Origin: Eledone cirrhosa
Taxonomy: Eukaryota
Assembly: GCA_964016885.1 (NCBI GenBank)
Contig: OZ024762.1
Span: forward strand, 18,228,001-18,292,000
Reading direction: 5' to 3'
DNA length: 64,000 bases
The position numbers and the translations under genes are program-made. This document shows, piece after piece, positions 62,866 through 64,000 of the stretch (positions within the stretch are counted from its first letter, which is position 1; every line of letters begins with the position of its first letter). The notes under the pieces were generated by a model. It was not told the DNA's origin. It was given only the letters and a program-made list of their open reading frames with translations, and made no database searches.

Positions 62866-64000
62866 CTGTGGAGGAAATAGAAAATAAATAAATTAATCAA
62901 TCATCATCATCATCATCATCATTGTCCTCCTTACCATCATTATAGTACGCCGAGGTTAACTTTGCCTTTCATCCTTACGGGGGTCGGTAAAATAAAGTAC
63001 CAGTAATGTACTGGGATAATTGCTGGCCTTGTGCCAAAAGTAGAAACAATTAAATATTATTTTATATTAGGTGGATTGGCAGTATCGGTAGAGGGTCGGA
63101 CGCCATGCTTTGCAGCATAGAGTTACGGCCCTTTATGGTCTGAGCTCAAAATAAATAATATCAAAATTTCATGGATTCAATATTATGTGAGATAAAGCTT
63201 TTACTGTGAAAATATAATTGTTTCTACTTTAGGCACAAGGCCAGCAATTACCCCAGTGCATTACTGGTACTTTATTTTATCGACCCCGTAAGGATGAAAG
63301 GCAAAGTCAACCTCGGCGGGATTTGAACTCAGATCGTAAAGGGACGTAACTATGCTGGAAAGCATGGCGTCCGACCCTCTACCGATTATAATAGTATATA
63401 TAGAGTAATGTAAATGCTGAAGAGTTAACCATTTAGCATTTAAGTCTGTTCAAACCAGTCGTAACTGGCCACTCATAGTGATGTTAAGGTATTGTTCCCG
63501 AAATAAGTATAAAAATCCCGTAGATTCGATATTACGTGAGATAAAGCTTTTTCCATGAAAATAAATAAATAGACCGGTACTTTTTTTTTTTATCAACCTT
63601 GAATGGATGAAAGGCAAAGTTGACCTCGGCGGGATTTGAACTCAGAGAGCTGATAGCTGGAACGAATACCACAAAACATTCAATCAGACATTCTAAAGAC
63701 TGCCATTCTACCTTCTCTCCCCACACCCTGCTGCATACCTGGATCTTGGACAGTGAGGGAGGGAGTGAATGAGGGGAAAGAGTGATGGTGGGAGAGAAGA
63801 GAGTGAGACAGTGGTAGAGAGAGGGTGAGAGAGACAGTGGTAGAGAGAGGGTGAGAGAGACAGTGGTAGAGAGAGGGTGAGAGTGTGTGTGTGTGTGGGT
63901 GGTTGTTAGAAGACATACACATCCTGTACTTAGTAACCAACACACATATACACATTCTGTACTAACACACACACACACACGCGTGCGCACGTCCTACAAA

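Overview
Repeat-rich eukaryotic DNA with GT-AG introns. The single-exon-type TGEKP C2H2 array, tRNA-derived SINEs with RTE tails and dense (TA)n/(CAT)n microsatellites suggest an octopus or other cephalopod genome (inference). There are three host genes, all on the minus strand. (1) The 5' part of mitochondrial CLPX: four coding exons at 13038-581, continuing past the window start. (2) A 10-finger C2H2 zinc-finger gene at 22040-20886, with decayed extra fingers downstream. (3) A ~22-exon DUF4062-like/NACHT/TPR STAND NTPase (TEP1/TTC41/NPHP3-like) at ~62865-29228, with a long acidic tail. A CLPX intron holds an 8.1-kb, TSD-flanked RTE-clade LINE with an intact ORF, a PHD finger inserted in its RT and a 4.4-kb hierarchical 5' tandem monomer array. 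That LINE is nested in a piggyBac-type MITE. The introns also carry a decayed hAT/Buster transposon, mariner and hAT MITEs, CRE-clade fragments, TE-derived minisatellites and several hammerhead-ribozyme motifs. A family of (TA)n-embedded fold-back elements built from half a hammerhead ribozyme (probably Penelope-like) recurs five times. Exon coordinates were derived by hand from splice signals and reading-frame continuity; no database searches were run.
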